Positions 1 through 9,389 of a stretch of DNA of 31,946 nt are shown here, in pieces. A program made the position numbers and the translations under genes. This DNA is from Candidatus Thorarchaeota archaeon (GTDB lineage Archaea > Asgardarchaeota > Thorarchaeia > Thorarchaeales > Thorarchaeaceae). How positions within the stretch are numbered: the first letter of the stretch is position 1; each line of letters starts with the position of its first letter. Below the pieces are notes generated by a model. The model did not search any database, was not told the origin of the DNA, and saw nothing but the letters and a program-made list of their open reading frames with translations. The stretch is taken from assembly GCA_048882325.1 (NCBI GenBank), contig JBHLRS010000034.1, positions 1-31,946 of the forward strand, read 5' to 3'.

Positions 1-633
1 GGTTTGGCAATCGCAAACACGAATGTTTTGAGGACACCGGACCCATCCTATACAGTGCTCACTGAACAACTCCTCCTATTTGCCAAAGATGCTGAAGATG
101 GTCTCAGTTTGACAGTTGATCAACTCAAGAGAGGTAGAAGCTATCAATGGGGGAACCTCGTGCTTGCTGATGAAGACAGCATGCTGGTCATCGAAATCGC
201 GGGTAATGACCATTCTATAGAGTGGTCGGAGCGCAGGGCACTTCGAACAGGTCATCATATAATGTTAGATACAGAACCGACTTTGCGCGCTGAAGAAAGT
301 GGATATGATAGTTCTGTCAAACGTGTTGAACGAGGATATGATCTCATTCGTCAGGCATCATCATTAAAGGATGTCTTCGCATTATTGAGGGATCACAATG
401 AAACAGCAGGTCAAGAGAGTCTCTGCTGTCATGCTGTGAAAGAAGGTGGTTATGCAACATTCATGAGCTACCTAATCGAAATAGACCACAGTACAGATTC
501 AGGAAAACCAAGGATCGTTTTTCATGTTGCAAAGGGAAACCCATGTCAATCTGAGTTCACTGCAATTCCGATTCTATTCCCAGCTGATGAAGACATTATG
601 AATCGTGCCATTCAGCTCTATCCGAAAGGCTAG
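1..633 (+). CDS. Partial (5'-truncated) C45 peptidase / acyl-CoA:6-APA acyltransferase-like Ntn-hydrolase
   Basis: Frame is open from base 1 (GLAIANTN). The GLAI-x-N, 'N-L-V-L-A-D...IE', 'R-T-G-H', 'S-x-x-R', 'L-R-D-H...L-C-x-H' and 'G-N-P-C' segments follow the order seen in C45/AAT proteins. The catalytic Cys would lie outside the window. Confidence 0.7.
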   Translation, partial: GLAIANTNVLRTPDPSYTVLTEQLLLFAKDAEDGLSLTVDQLKRGRSYQWGNLVLADEDSMLVIEIAGNDHSIEWSERRALRTGHHIMLDTEPTLRAEESGYDSSVKRVERGYDLIRQASSLKDVFALLRDHNETAGQESLCCHAVKEGGYATFMSYLIEIDHSTDSGKPRIVFHVAKGNPCQSEFTAIPILFPADEDIMNRAIQLYPKG

Positions 634-1073
634 AGCAGGATCCATGCTCGGAGGAACCAGTAGAACCCGAGAACGAATGCAATTATCCATACTCCGATTG
701 TGAGAAACATGAGAGGACGGGTCCTCTTCAGAAGCTTCAGTGGCATACCACGACGAATCAAGAATAGAGTTACTAATATTGCACCAAGTACAATTGCTAA
801 AATACCCACGATATCATGAGCAATTTGATACCAGAACACAACTGGATTGTTTAGCATAAGAGAAAGTCGTCCTATCGCACTAGGTATCATCCAGAAGCCG
901 ACTGTAAGAATATGAATCAATACCACAAGATAGACAGCTTGATGATGGAGTCTAAAATTCATCCTGCTTGCGCCATATCGCCAACCAATTAGCAGAGTAA
1001 TTAGGACTATTATCTCTAAGATAAGTACCAGATAAGGAATTGGAATACCCAGTATTTCTTGCATTATTTTCAT
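630..1073 (-). CDS. 4-TM membrane protein, DUF420-like, with His residues at or within the helices
   Basis: Four hydrophobic segments; His in LHHQAV, LIHIL and AHDIVG. AAGGAG lies directly after the upstream stop, and its spacing favours an alternative ATG at 1064. Confidence 0.6.
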   Translation of the reverse strand: MKIMQEILGIPIPYLVLILEIIVLITLLIGWRYGASRMNFRLHHQAVYLVVLIHILTVGFWMIPSAIGRLSLMLNNPVVFWYQIAHDIVGILAIVLGAILVTLFLIRRGMPLKLLKRTRPLMFLTIGVWIIAFVLGFYWFLRAWILL

Positions 1074-1079
1074 CTCCTT

Positions 1080-1808
1080 TCATTGGGTTTCTATCTCACT
1101 CACACTCCCTCTGGTGGTGAATAGACTAGACTTGAGAGTCGTTCCTCTACCTTCATGAGCAGAAACGATGGCAGACCCAATCATGCCCCAAGGGCAGAAT
1201 CGAACATTCAGATTTTGGTAAGCATCGGAGTCATGAATTCGCGAGAACGCGCATCCATTAGCGGCTACAGTAATCTGACCGTCCTTTGCCTTAGCACTGG
1301 CGAATCTCACAAATCCATGATCATGAATGTAATCGGCATATCCCTTGAGCTTCTCGGCAAGTGACACTTTCGGGTCGAGCAGGTATTCAGGCAGGTAAGC
1401 AGCTAAAATGTCTGATATTCGAATAAACACGTAGTCTTTGATAGCCGCATCACCCAAAATATCTATGAAAACACTCTCATACCCAAAGATTGCGGCACGA
1501 AGTTTCCAGATTTCCTCCATTGTCAAGCCCTTCGTTGACCCAGTGGCTTGCGCTTCATCGACTTTCTCATGGAACTCAGTCAGGAATTCCTTGAGCTCAA
1601 CAACAAGTGCGTCTGAGGATTGTTGCTCAGAAAAAATCTCAGGTAGGAACTCTTGAACATAGTAAACCATCCGAGGCAAAACATGTTCATCCAGAACATT
1701 GGGACCAATGAGTTCAGTTCCCACAGCTTCGTAGGCATCGAGAATCCCCATGTAGAGAAACACTGCCTCGAGCTGCTGACCATCTTGAGATTGCATTTCT
1801 GTGCTCAT
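1080..1808 (-). CDS. V4R/MetOD1/Bet3-fold-like protein with a duplicated N-terminal helical unit
   Basis: C-terminal 'ITVAANGCAFSRIH...FCPWGMIGSAIV...RGSVSEI' fits the C-x-F...C-P pattern of V4R-like domains. The internal repeat is visible. Start chosen at ATG 1808 (the ORF extends to 1826). Confidence 0.55.
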   Translation of the reverse strand: MSTEMQSQDGQQLEAVFLYMGILDAYEAVGTELIGPNVLDEHVLPRMVYYVQEFLPEIFSEQQSSDALVVELKEFLTEFHEKVDEAQATGSTKGLTMEEIWKLRAAIFGYESVFIDILGDAAIKDYVFIRISDILAAYLPEYLLDPKVSLAEKLKGYADYIHDHGFVRFASAKAKDGQITVAANGCAFSRIHDSDAYQNLNVRFCPWGMIGSAIVSAHEGRGTTLKSSLFTTRGSVSEIETQ

Positions 1809-1852
1809 GATAGAACCAGCCTGCATAGGTCATCGTTGCTTATAATTCTCGT

Positions 1853-2878
1853 CTATGACGACATCTCGTGTAACTGGAACATAGTCAATTCACTTGTACT
1901 CTTCAGAGTAATACTAGAAGTTCCAGGACCTGAAGTTTTTGCAAAGAAACGGGTGTAAGGTCTCCGCGTGAGTGACTTGAACATGGAATCAATGTTCTTG
2001 ATGAGTGAAGAGATAAAAATCACTGCTTTCTGCGAAATCTCCTTTCCGATCTTCTCACTTACACGACCATTCGTTGCAAAGATGACCTTTCCAACCATGG
2101 TGTCATCAGATGTCAGTGCAATCTCTGTTGCAAACCCCTCAGCATAGCAGATTGTCGTCGCAGCTTCGTATACATTCTCTTTTGGAATTCTCATAGCTCC
2201 GCTAGCAAGGCTAAGAAGACGACCTCCATTACAAGCAACAACAGTATAGTCATCTGACTCGACTACAAAGTATGAGTAATCATGACCAATCCCTAGACTC
2301 TCAAAGGTCTTTTGTAGCGTCGAATGAACCAATAAGAACTCACGAATTTGATTCTTTTTGAACAACGGTTTGGGTCTTGAGAAACTAGCGATGAGTGAAT
2401 TATTTGTTGCATCCACAACGAATGCTAGAGGAATATCATGTCGGTTCTCAAGTGTCTGGATGACAATTGATGATAGTTTTTCGTTACTGAATAACTGAGT
2501 GTTGATTCGGTCAATCTGATCCCTAATCTTCTCTTTCTCATCTGGTGGGAGTTGCATTCCATCAACCTCAGGAAACTTAACTCTGAGAAGATGGTTCATG
2601 ATTCTCTCCATACCATCTCGAGCAAGATTTTCAGGAGCTTTCCGATCAAAAACACCCACCAGTATTTTTTCTGAGTTGGGAAGACGTAGGTATAGGAAGT
2701 ACTCAGTTTCTGTAGAAAATGAATCGAGAGCATCTGAACGTGCGTGAGTACTGAAGTCCTGTATTGCTGAGAAGAATCCAGATGAAAGGACTGCTTTATC
2801 ATCATCACTAGTTGATTGATCACTGCTATAGTGGAACTGCATTACACCTCTGTCAATCAGAAATATCTCTCTAATCAT
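1853..2878 (-). CDS. Longin + roadblock/LC7 + roadblock-like multidomain protein (Asgard eukaryotic-signature-type)
   Basis: N-terminus MIREIFLIDRG...AVLSSGFFSAIQDFS is the typical Asgard longin-like signature. The second domain starts 'DIPLAFVVDATNNSLIASF' and the third 'VGKVIFATNGRV'. ATG 2878 is preceded by GTGAG; an alternative ATG is at 2905. Confidence 0.65.
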   Translation of the reverse strand: MIREIFLIDRGVMQFHYSSDQSTSDDDKAVLSSGFFSAIQDFSTHARSDALDSFSTETEYFLYLRLPNSEKILVGVFDRKAPENLARDGMERIMNHLLRVKFPEVDGMQLPPDEKEKIRDQIDRINTQLFSNEKLSSIVIQTLENRHDIPLAFVVDATNNSLIASFSRPKPLFKKNQIREFLLVHSTLQKTFESLGIGHDYSYFVVESDDYTVVACNGGRLLSLASGAMRIPKENVYEAATTICYAEGFATEIALTSDDTMVGKVIFATNGRVSEKIGKEISQKAVIFISSLIKNIDSMFKSLTRRPYTRFFAKTSGPGTSSITLKSTSELTMFQLHEMSS

Positions 2879-2998
2879 CTCACTGTCGGAATACAATTTT
2901 GCCATAAGAAGAAAACGGTGGTAAAATGGACATGAAAAAGGGTGTGAAAAGACTATTAACATGGGAATGACTCGATATAGCCTTTGGAGGAAATCTCA

Positions 2999-3496
2999 GT
3001 GAAACCAAGGAAAGTCTGTTTCATCACTTTCATGATATTCGCGTTGATATTAATATGTCAGCCTACAAAGGTTTCAGCACATAACCCAACATCGGTAACA
3101 CTCGAATATGATTCTGGAACTGAAATATTGACTGTGGTAGTAAATCATGGTGTACCAGCAGGTAGTCTACCGAGTCATTACATCTACAATGTCGTGGTCG
3201 AAAAGAACTCAGTTCAAGTGGTATCGAGGGATTATGTCAGCGAAAACAACACAGTTTCTGGCTTGACTGATACGTTTTCTGTGTCAGCTGTTGATGGTGA
3301 TGTTCTCAAGGCTACAGCCCGTTGCACTCAGGCAGGGATAAAGTCAGGTGAGATAACATTGACTACCACCACTACAACTACAGATACTGGTACCACAACT
3401 CCACCTCCCGGTGCACCTACAACACTATACATTGCGATTGCAGTTGTGGCCATTGGAATTGTAGGAGTTATTGTTGCGATCTTAAGGCGACGATAA
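2999..3496 (+). CDS. Secreted, C-terminally anchored desulfoferrodoxin/superoxide-reductase-like metal-binding protein
   Basis: GGAGG RBS 8 nt before GTG 2999. Signal peptide ends VSA|H. Motifs HNP, NHG, HYI and ARCTQAG, then a Thr/Pro linker, a TM helix and an RRR tail. Confidence 0.6.
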   Translation: MKPRKVCFITFMIFALILICQPTKVSAHNPTSVTLEYDSGTEILTVVVNHGVPAGSLPSHYIYNVVVEKNSVQVVSRDYVSENNTVSGLTDTFSVSAVDGDVLKATARCTQAGIKSGEITLTTTTTTTDTGTTTPPPGAPTTLYIAIAVVAIGIVGVIVAILRRR

Positions 3497-4792
3497 TCAA
3501 GTAACATCGATTGCACTTTCGGGCTCTTCCTCAAGTGAGAGTGAAACTTCTTTCCTCCACTCGATATCACGCTCTTTGTTTCTGAAGAATCCGTAGAATA
3601 GCGTGATTCCAAGCACGTATAGACCTGAAACTAGCACATAGGGGAGCCGGTAGAGTCCAAGTGCTAGCAACCAGCCACCGATAATGGCTGCAATGGCTCT
3701 CACAAACGAGTCAGCTGATCGAACGACGCCAACAGCTGTTGCTCGCTCCTCCTTCGTGAGTCCCTCCATGAAGAAAGCATTGGAGATGGGTCCAGCCATA
3801 TTCATCAATACATTTCGTGTCACATATCCAATGATTGCTAGTTGTAGTGTGTCGGCGTAAGCTAAAGTTAGCAAGAAGGGTACCGAAAGCGCTTCCGTGA
3901 GTACTACAGTTCGTACTTTCCCGATTTTATCAGCCAAAGCTGGGGCTAGAAAATTACCAGCTGAGAGGATCAATGTATTAGCACCAAATATGAGACCTAC
4001 AATTTGGGAATCGATAGGAAACTCGTGTGTGAAGAACAGATTGAAGAACATCACAATCATACCTGCACCTAGTCCGACACTGGCTATAGTTAGTGTGTAC
4101 TTGCCAATGAATCCCCAGTTCTTCACATTTCGGATTGCTAACCGGTCATTTGAGGGAGTAGGTGTATCTGTTGTCATTTGAGTGATGAGGAGAATTGCAA
4201 ACGCTGTCGGAATTAGACTAAGCCAAAGAGTATAACGATAGGGAATCACAAAGGATTGTGTGGGAGAGAAACTAAGCCAGTCCACAAAAATCTGGGGCAT
4301 GATACCTCCGACCAAGCTTCCTGCAAACACACCCAACAGCGATACACCTCCACCCACTGCAAAGAGATGAGCACGCTCTTGGTCTGTTGAGATATCTGAA
4401 ACATAGGGAGACAATGCAACATCACGAAAGGCAACGGAGATCCCAAGAAAGACCTGAGATACAAGAAGGCCAACCGGATCGAGAGTTGTATATTGGACAA
4501 CTAGCACACCAAAGGTGACAATGTTTGCGATGAGAATTATCTTCTTCCTACTCGCCCTGTCCGTCATAATACCAGCAATGAATGCAATACCAGCAGACGC
4601 GAACATCGAAATTGAAAGGAAGAAACCAATAAAGTCCTCCATACGACCGGCTTCTTGAAGATAGAGATTGAAGATTACACCACTTATACCCCAGGAAAAT
4701 GTGATCAGAAAGGAGATCGTGATGTACAGTTTTGCATCTCTTCCAAAGAGTTGCAGCTTACCAATGTAGCTAAGCCTCTCCCCTTCGGTCAT
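3497..4792 (-). CDS. MFS transporter
   Basis: About 12 TM; MFS motif A variants GIMTDRASRKK and ALADKIGKVR. Start reassigned to ATG 4792 (GGAGA RBS) because the longer ORF overlaps ltaE. Confidence 0.9.
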   Translation of the reverse strand: MTEGERLSYIGKLQLFGRDAKLYITISFLITFSWGISGVIFNLYLQEAGRMEDFIGFFLSISMFASAGIAFIAGIMTDRASRKKIILIANIVTFGVLVVQYTTLDPVGLLVSQVFLGISVAFRDVALSPYVSDISTDQERAHLFAVGGGVSLLGVFAGSLVGGIMPQIFVDWLSFSPTQSFVIPYRYTLWLSLIPTAFAILLITQMTTDTPTPSNDRLAIRNVKNWGFIGKYTLTIASVGLGAGMIVMFFNLFFTHEFPIDSQIVGLIFGANTLILSAGNFLAPALADKIGKVRTVVLTEALSVPFLLTLAYADTLQLAIIGYVTRNVLMNMAGPISNAFFMEGLTKEERATAVGVVRSADSFVRAIAAIIGGWLLALGLYRLPYVLVSGLYVLGITLFYGFFRNKERDIEWRKEVSLSLEEEPESAIDVT

Positions 4793-4907
4793 GAAATGAT
4801 CTCCAGAATGAATCTTCAGATGTCGGAGGCCTCGTGACTTCCCTATATGCATTGTCAATTGAGCACAAGCACTAAGGCTAAATCGGAGTACTGAGGATTT
4901 CAGAGTT

Positions 4908-5945
4908 ATGAAGACCATTGACCTACGGAGCGACACAATCACCCAACCAACTGATGAGATGATTGAGGCGATAGTTACTGCACACAAAGCTGGAAGATTC
5001 GGGGATGATGTTATTGGTGAAGATGAAGTGGTGAATGAGTTACAGGAGAAAGCTGCAAAGATTCTCGGCAAAGAGGCAGCACTTCTTGTCACCTCTGGTA
5101 CTCAAGGGAATCTCATCTCTCTTTTGGCTCAGACAAAGAGGGGTGACGAGGTGGTTGTAGAGGACAGATCACACACCTTTGTCTTTGAAGGAGGTGCAAT
5201 GGCTTCAATGGGAGGACTCTATCCGAAACCTGTGAAGGGTGAGCGAGGATATATTCTCCCAGAAACCCTCGAATCTGTTATCAGTCCGGATAATGCCCAT
5301 TATGCAAAGACAGCACTTGTGGTGGTTGAGAATACCCACAACTATGCGGGAGGTGCAATAATCCGACCTGAGCAGGTTAAAGCACTCGCAGCAGTGGCAC
5401 ACGACAATGGTCTCAGAGTTCATTGCGATGGAGCAAGATTGTTCAACGCAGCTGTCGCACTGGACATTCCAGCTAAGGAACTAGTTGAGGAAGCGGATTC
5501 TGTTCAAATCTGCCTGAGCAAGGGGCTCTCAGCGCCAGTTGGTTCCATAATCGCAGGAACAGAGGAGTTCATCCACGAGTCTCACCGGACGCGGAAGAAG
5601 CTGGGTGGGGGAATGAGGCAGGCAGGTATCATAGCGGCTCCAGGAATTGTGGCACTTGAGAAGATGGTCAACAGACTCAAGGATGACCATGACAATGCAA
5701 AACTGCTCTACAGCAAAATCAAGGACATTCCTAGCCTGCATATCGAAGAGCCTGAAACAAACATACTGTTTCTTGGCCTCCAAGACCTTACGATTAGTCA
5801 GATGGATCTGTCAGAGGAACTAGCAAAAGAAAACATCAAGGTCTATGGAGGATATGGTGTAAGGACTAGAATGGTAATGAACAGAATGGTAGACCGTGAA
5901 GACGTTGATAGGATATCAACAGCTCTTGAACGGTTGTTGAAGTAA
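4908..5945 (+). CDS. ltaE: Low-specificity L-threonine aldolase (PLP-dependent)
   Basis: IDLRSDT, SGTQGN, ENTHN, HCDGARLFNA, CLSKGL (PLP Lys), RKKLGGGMRQAG. Confidence 0.95.
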   Translation: MKTIDLRSDTITQPTDEMIEAIVTAHKAGRFGDDVIGEDEVVNELQEKAAKILGKEAALLVTSGTQGNLISLLAQTKRGDEVVVEDRSHTFVFEGGAMASMGGLYPKPVKGERGYILPETLESVISPDNAHYAKTALVVVENTHNYAGGAIIRPEQVKALAAVAHDNGLRVHCDGARLFNAAVALDIPAKELVEEADSVQICLSKGLSAPVGSIIAGTEEFIHESHRTRKKLGGGMRQAGIIAAPGIVALEKMVNRLKDDHDNAKLLYSKIKDIPSLHIEEPETNILFLGLQDLTISQMDLSEELAKENIKVYGGYGVRTRMVMNRMVDREDVDRISTALERLLK

Positions 5946-5951
5946 AGTCCT

Positions 5952-6227
5952 CTATAACCTGCTTTTTGCGTCTTCAATCATCTTTGTGATATGATCACTC
6001 CATGTTGGTTCCAACTGGCGGGCTTTCTCAGCACACCCGATACATTCACCATATTTTTCCATACGATACAGGAGTCGACTCTTGTAGAACCACGCATGAG
6101 CGTATGTTTCACTCATCTCAATTGCCTTGTCATAAGCCTCTAGGGCGTTATCAAACTGACCATTTTCCTCGTAACTCCTGGCTTTTCTATAATAACCATA
6201 GCGTGTCTCTGGACTCTTCTTGGACAC
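5952..6227 (-). CDS. Small TPR protein (about 91 aa)
   Basis: Two TPR units (ALEAYDKAIE; YAHAWFYK...LEP). GTG 6227 is preceded by AGGAGGTG. The longer ORF overlaps mce. Confidence 0.85.
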   Translation of the reverse strand: MSKKSPETRYGYYRKARSYEENGQFDNALEAYDKAIEMSETYAHAWFYKSRLLYRMEKYGECIGCAEKARQLEPTWSDHITKMIEDAKSRL

Positions 6228-6309
6228 TTTCCACGCACCTCCTAAGTGCAATACTAGTAGGAAAAAACTCAGATAAGGTTTGCATATTTCAAATAGAGAT
6301 TTAATTAAA

Positions 6310-6717
6310 TCATGGGTGGCTTTCACATAGCTCGAGAAGTACACCACCTGAGGCTTTGGGATGGACGAAGGCCATGCGCATATTATGGGCACCAATTCTA
6401 GGCTCATTGTCAATAAGCTGTGCTCCAGCCTTGCGGTGTCTTGCTAGTGCCACTTCAATGTCATCCACCTCGACAGCAATATGATGGATGCCGCCTCCAC
6501 GTTTTTTCAGGAACTTGGCTATCGGGCTGTCATCTGATGTTGGCTCAAGAAGCTCAATCTGACTTTCCCCAATCTTGAGAAAAGCTACACGAACCTTCTG
6601 TTCTTTCACCTTTTCCGAACCTCCGAATTCAAGACCGAGTACATCCTTATAGAATCCCAACCATTTCTCTATACTCTCAACCGCAATTCCGATGTGGGAA
6701 ATCTTCTCTACAGACAT
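6310..6717 (-). CDS. mce: Methylmalonyl-CoA epimerase
   Basis: VOC fold motifs HIGIAV, EQKVRVAF, IELLEP, GIHHIA, FVHPK, GVLLELCE; adjacent to the mutase. Confidence 0.95.
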   Translation of the reverse strand: MSVEKISHIGIAVESIEKWLGFYKDVLGLEFGGSEKVKEQKVRVAFLKIGESQIELLEPTSDDSPIAKFLKKRGGGIHHIAVEVDDIEVALARHRKAGAQLIDNEPRIGAHNMRMAFVHPKASGGVLLELCESHP

Positions 6718-6730
6718 TTAATGTCACTCC

Positions 6731-8410
6731 TCAAAGTATGTCAGGTGCTTTGTATTCCCCAAACACCTCTCTTAAAACGCCGCATATTTCGCCCAATGTT
6801 GCGTAAACTTTCACTGCATCGATAATTGGGAGCATTAGGTTCGTATCTTTTTCTGCAGCATCACGTAGACCTTCTAATGCCTGCTTAACCAGCTTATCAT
6901 CCCTTTGTGCTCTAACATTTTTGAGATCCTTAAGCTGCTCTCGTTCTGCTTCTGGATTAATCCGGAGGTAGTCAAACTGAGGTTCTTCGTCCACAGTGAA
7001 CTTGTTCACACCCACCACGATTCTCTTTGATTCATCAACCCTTCGTTGGAACTGGTATGCAGCTTCGTGAATCTCACGTTGAATGTATCCCTTCTCAATC
7101 GCAACCGGAGCCCCACCCATGCTGTCGATTTTTTCGATGTATTCCATGGCTTTTGATTCAATCTCATTTGTTAGGTTCTCTATATAGTACGACCCTGCAA
7201 GTGGGTCAATGGTGTCACCGACTCCGGATTCATGAGCAATGATCTGTTGTGTGCGCAGTGCTATTTGTACTGACTCTTCGGTGGGCAGAGAGAGCGCTTC
7301 ATCTCGAGAATTCGTGTGAAGTGACTGTGTTCCCCCTAGGACTGCTTGCAGTGCTTGAAGTGTCACACGAACAACATTGTTGTCAGGTTGTTGCGCAGTT
7401 AAGGTACAACCAGCTGTTTGAGTGTGAAAGCGCATTCTACAAGAACTGTCACTCATTGCCTTGAACCGTTCCCGCATGATTCTGGCCCAGAGCCTCCGAG
7501 CGGCTCGGAATTTGGATACCTCCTCGAGGAAATCACTGTGAGAACCAAAGAAGAATGAGAGACGCGATGCAAAGTCATCAACATCCAGTCCTGCATCTAT
7601 TGCAGCCTGCACATAGGCGATGCCATCCGCCAGAGTGAATGCGACCTCTTGTACCGCTGTAGAACCTGCCTCCCGGATATGATACCCGGAGATCGAGATT
7701 GTGTTCCAGAGTGGCATCTTCTCGCTGCAGAACTTGAATATGTCAGTGATGAGCCGCATTGAAGGTTTTGGTGGAAATATGTATGTACCTCTAGCAACAT
7801 ACTCCTTCAGTATATCATTCTGGATTGTACCCCGCAGCTTATCCATGGGAACTTCCTGCTTTTCAGCCACAGTGATGTACATGGCTAGGAGGACAGAGGC
7901 AGGTGCATTAATGGTCATGGATGTGCTTACCTTGTCTAGAGGAATTCCCTCGAACAACACTTCCATGTCTGCAAGTGAATCAATGGCAACTCCCACTTTC
8001 CCCACTTCTCCCTGAGCTAATATGTCATCAGAGTCATAACCGATCTGGGTAGGGAGGTCAAAAGCTATTGAGAGACCTGTCTGTCCTTGTTCCAGGAGGA
8101 AGTGGAATCGTTTGTTGGTCTCTCTGGCAGTAGCAAAACCACTATACTGCCTCATTGTCCAGAAACGACCACGATATCCAGTTGGTTGAACTCCACGCGT
8201 GAAGGGATACTGACCAGGAAATCCCAAGTCATTCTCGTAGTTCAAGTCTTCTAGGTCTAGCGGTGTGTAAAGACGTTTCACTTGTAGACCAGAGATAGTA
8301 TTGAAATTCTCTTCGCGCTCGGGGAATCTTTTGACAGTCTTTGCAACAGTCTCATCCTCCCACTTCTTTGTAGAGTCACGGAGCTTTGAGTTGTCTCCCA
8401 TAACACTCAC
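6731..8410 (-). CDS. Methylmalonyl-CoA mutase, large (substrate-binding) subunit
   Basis: [59 protein letters not shown] overlaps the meaB stop; alternative ATG at 8401. Confidence 0.95.
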   Translation of the reverse strand: MSVMGDNSKLRDSTKKWEDETVAKTVKRFPEREENFNTISGLQVKRLYTPLDLEDLNYENDLGFPGQYPFTRGVQPTGYRGRFWTMRQYSGFATARETNKRFHFLLEQGQTGLSIAFDLPTQIGYDSDDILAQGEVGKVGVAIDSLADMEVLFEGIPLDKVSTSMTINAPASVLLAMYITVAEKQEVPMDKLRGTIQNDILKEYVARGTYIFPPKPSMRLITDIFKFCSEKMPLWNTISISGYHIREAGSTAVQEVAFTLADGIAYVQAAIDAGLDVDDFASRLSFFFGSHSDFLEEVSKFRAARRLWARIMRERFKAMSDSSCRMRFHTQTAGCTLTAQQPDNNVVRVTLQALQAVLGGTQSLHTNSRDEALSLPTEESVQIALRTQQIIAHESGVGDTIDPLAGSYYIENLTNEIESKAMEYIEKIDSMGGAPVAIEKGYIQREIHEAAYQFQRRVDESKRIVVGVNKFTVDEEPQFDYLRINPEAEREQLKDLKNVRAQRDDKLVKQALEGLRDAAEKDTNLMLPIIDAVKVYATLGEICGVLREVFGEYKAPDIL

Positions 8411-9366
8411 CTACTCTCACTAAACAGGAAATCAGCAATCAACCTTTCAGCAACACTATATGGATCGTCTTTTCTAGATGCAATCTTCTTGATGGCGGCT
8501 TCATATTCGGGCTGTCCTTCCAGTTTCTGCCATAACTCCTGCGTTAGCTTGTACTTCATTATTTCCTGCAATTCGTCGCGACTTCGTTTTAGTCCCTTTT
8601 GCTCAAGCTGTCCACTATCTTTCAGGAATTGAAGATGTTCTAGAATTTTGTCCGCAAGCTCTGGAACTCCTTCACCGGATCTAGAATTTGTAAGCAAGAC
8701 TGGAGGACGCCAATCTCTTTCTCGAGGATCTATGTCCAACATCGCATTGATTTCTGTAACCTTTCTCTCAGCTCCAGGAAGGTCCATCTTGTTCACAACG
8801 AAGATGTCTGCAATCTCCATGATGCCAGCCTTGATAGCTTGGATATCGTCACCACTCCCAGGCATGTCAGTGACAATGACAGTATGTGCAATGTCAATGA
8901 CCTCGACTTCAGATTGGCCTGCACCAACAGTCTCAACGAAGATGATGTCTTTGCCAAATGCATCAATAGCACGGACTGCATCAGAGGTTGCTCGAGCCAA
9001 ACCTCCCAGGTGACCACGAGTTCCCATGCTCCGGACATAGACATCCTCATCAAGACTATGCTCTTGCATCCTAATCCTGTCACCGAGTAGCGCACCTCCA
9101 GTGAAGGGACTTGAAGGATCAACGCAGACGATACCAATTGTATTCTGGCGCTCTCGGTACTCAGCTGTTAGTTTAGTGACCAGTGAACTCTTTCCGGATC
9201 CTGGAGGTCCAGTCACACCAATAATGTGGGCATTGCCAGTGTGTTTGTAGAGTTGGATGAGTGCTTCTGTCGCATCACGGTCCTCATCTTCAATAAGAGA
9301 GATGAGTCGGGCTAATTCCCTCCGTTTTCCACTCAATACGCCTTTGACAAGGTCAGCAACGGACAA
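8407..9366 (-). CDS. meaB: Methylmalonyl-CoA mutase-associated GTPase MeaB (ArgK family)
   Basis: GPPGSGKS P-loop, [44 protein letters not shown]. Confidence 0.95.
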   Translation of the reverse strand: MSVADLVKGVLSGKRRELARLISLIEDEDRDATEALIQLYKHTGNAHIIGVTGPPGSGKSSLVTKLTAEYRERQNTIGIVCVDPSSPFTGGALLGDRIRMQEHSLDEDVYVRSMGTRGHLGGLARATSDAVRAIDAFGKDIIFVETVGAGQSEVEVIDIAHTVIVTDMPGSGDDIQAIKAGIMEIADIFVVNKMDLPGAERKVTEINAMLDIDPRERDWRPPVLLTNSRSGEGVPELADKILEHLQFLKDSGQLEQKGLKRSRDELQEIMKYKLTQELWQKLEGQPEYEAAIKKIASRKDDPYSVAERLIADFLFSESR

Positions 9367-9389
9367 TGCTAGTTCCTCACATTCAAGAA

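Noticed and set aside
3361-3425. ACN-rich low-complexity tract
   Set aside because: Encodes the Thr/Pro linker with mixed codons; not a DNA repeat element.
4793-5092. 100-aa N-terminal extension of the MFS ORF
   Set aside because: Overlaps ltaE antisense; a good RBS and ATG exist at 4792.
6228-6413. N-terminal extension of the TPR ORF
   Set aside because: Overlaps mce; a strong AGGAGGTG RBS precedes GTG 6227.
6731-8410. Mutase as isobutyryl-CoA or 2-hydroxyisobutyryl-CoA mutase
   Set aside because: The specificity Tyr (RQYSGF) and Arg (YHIREAG) match methylmalonyl-CoA mutase.
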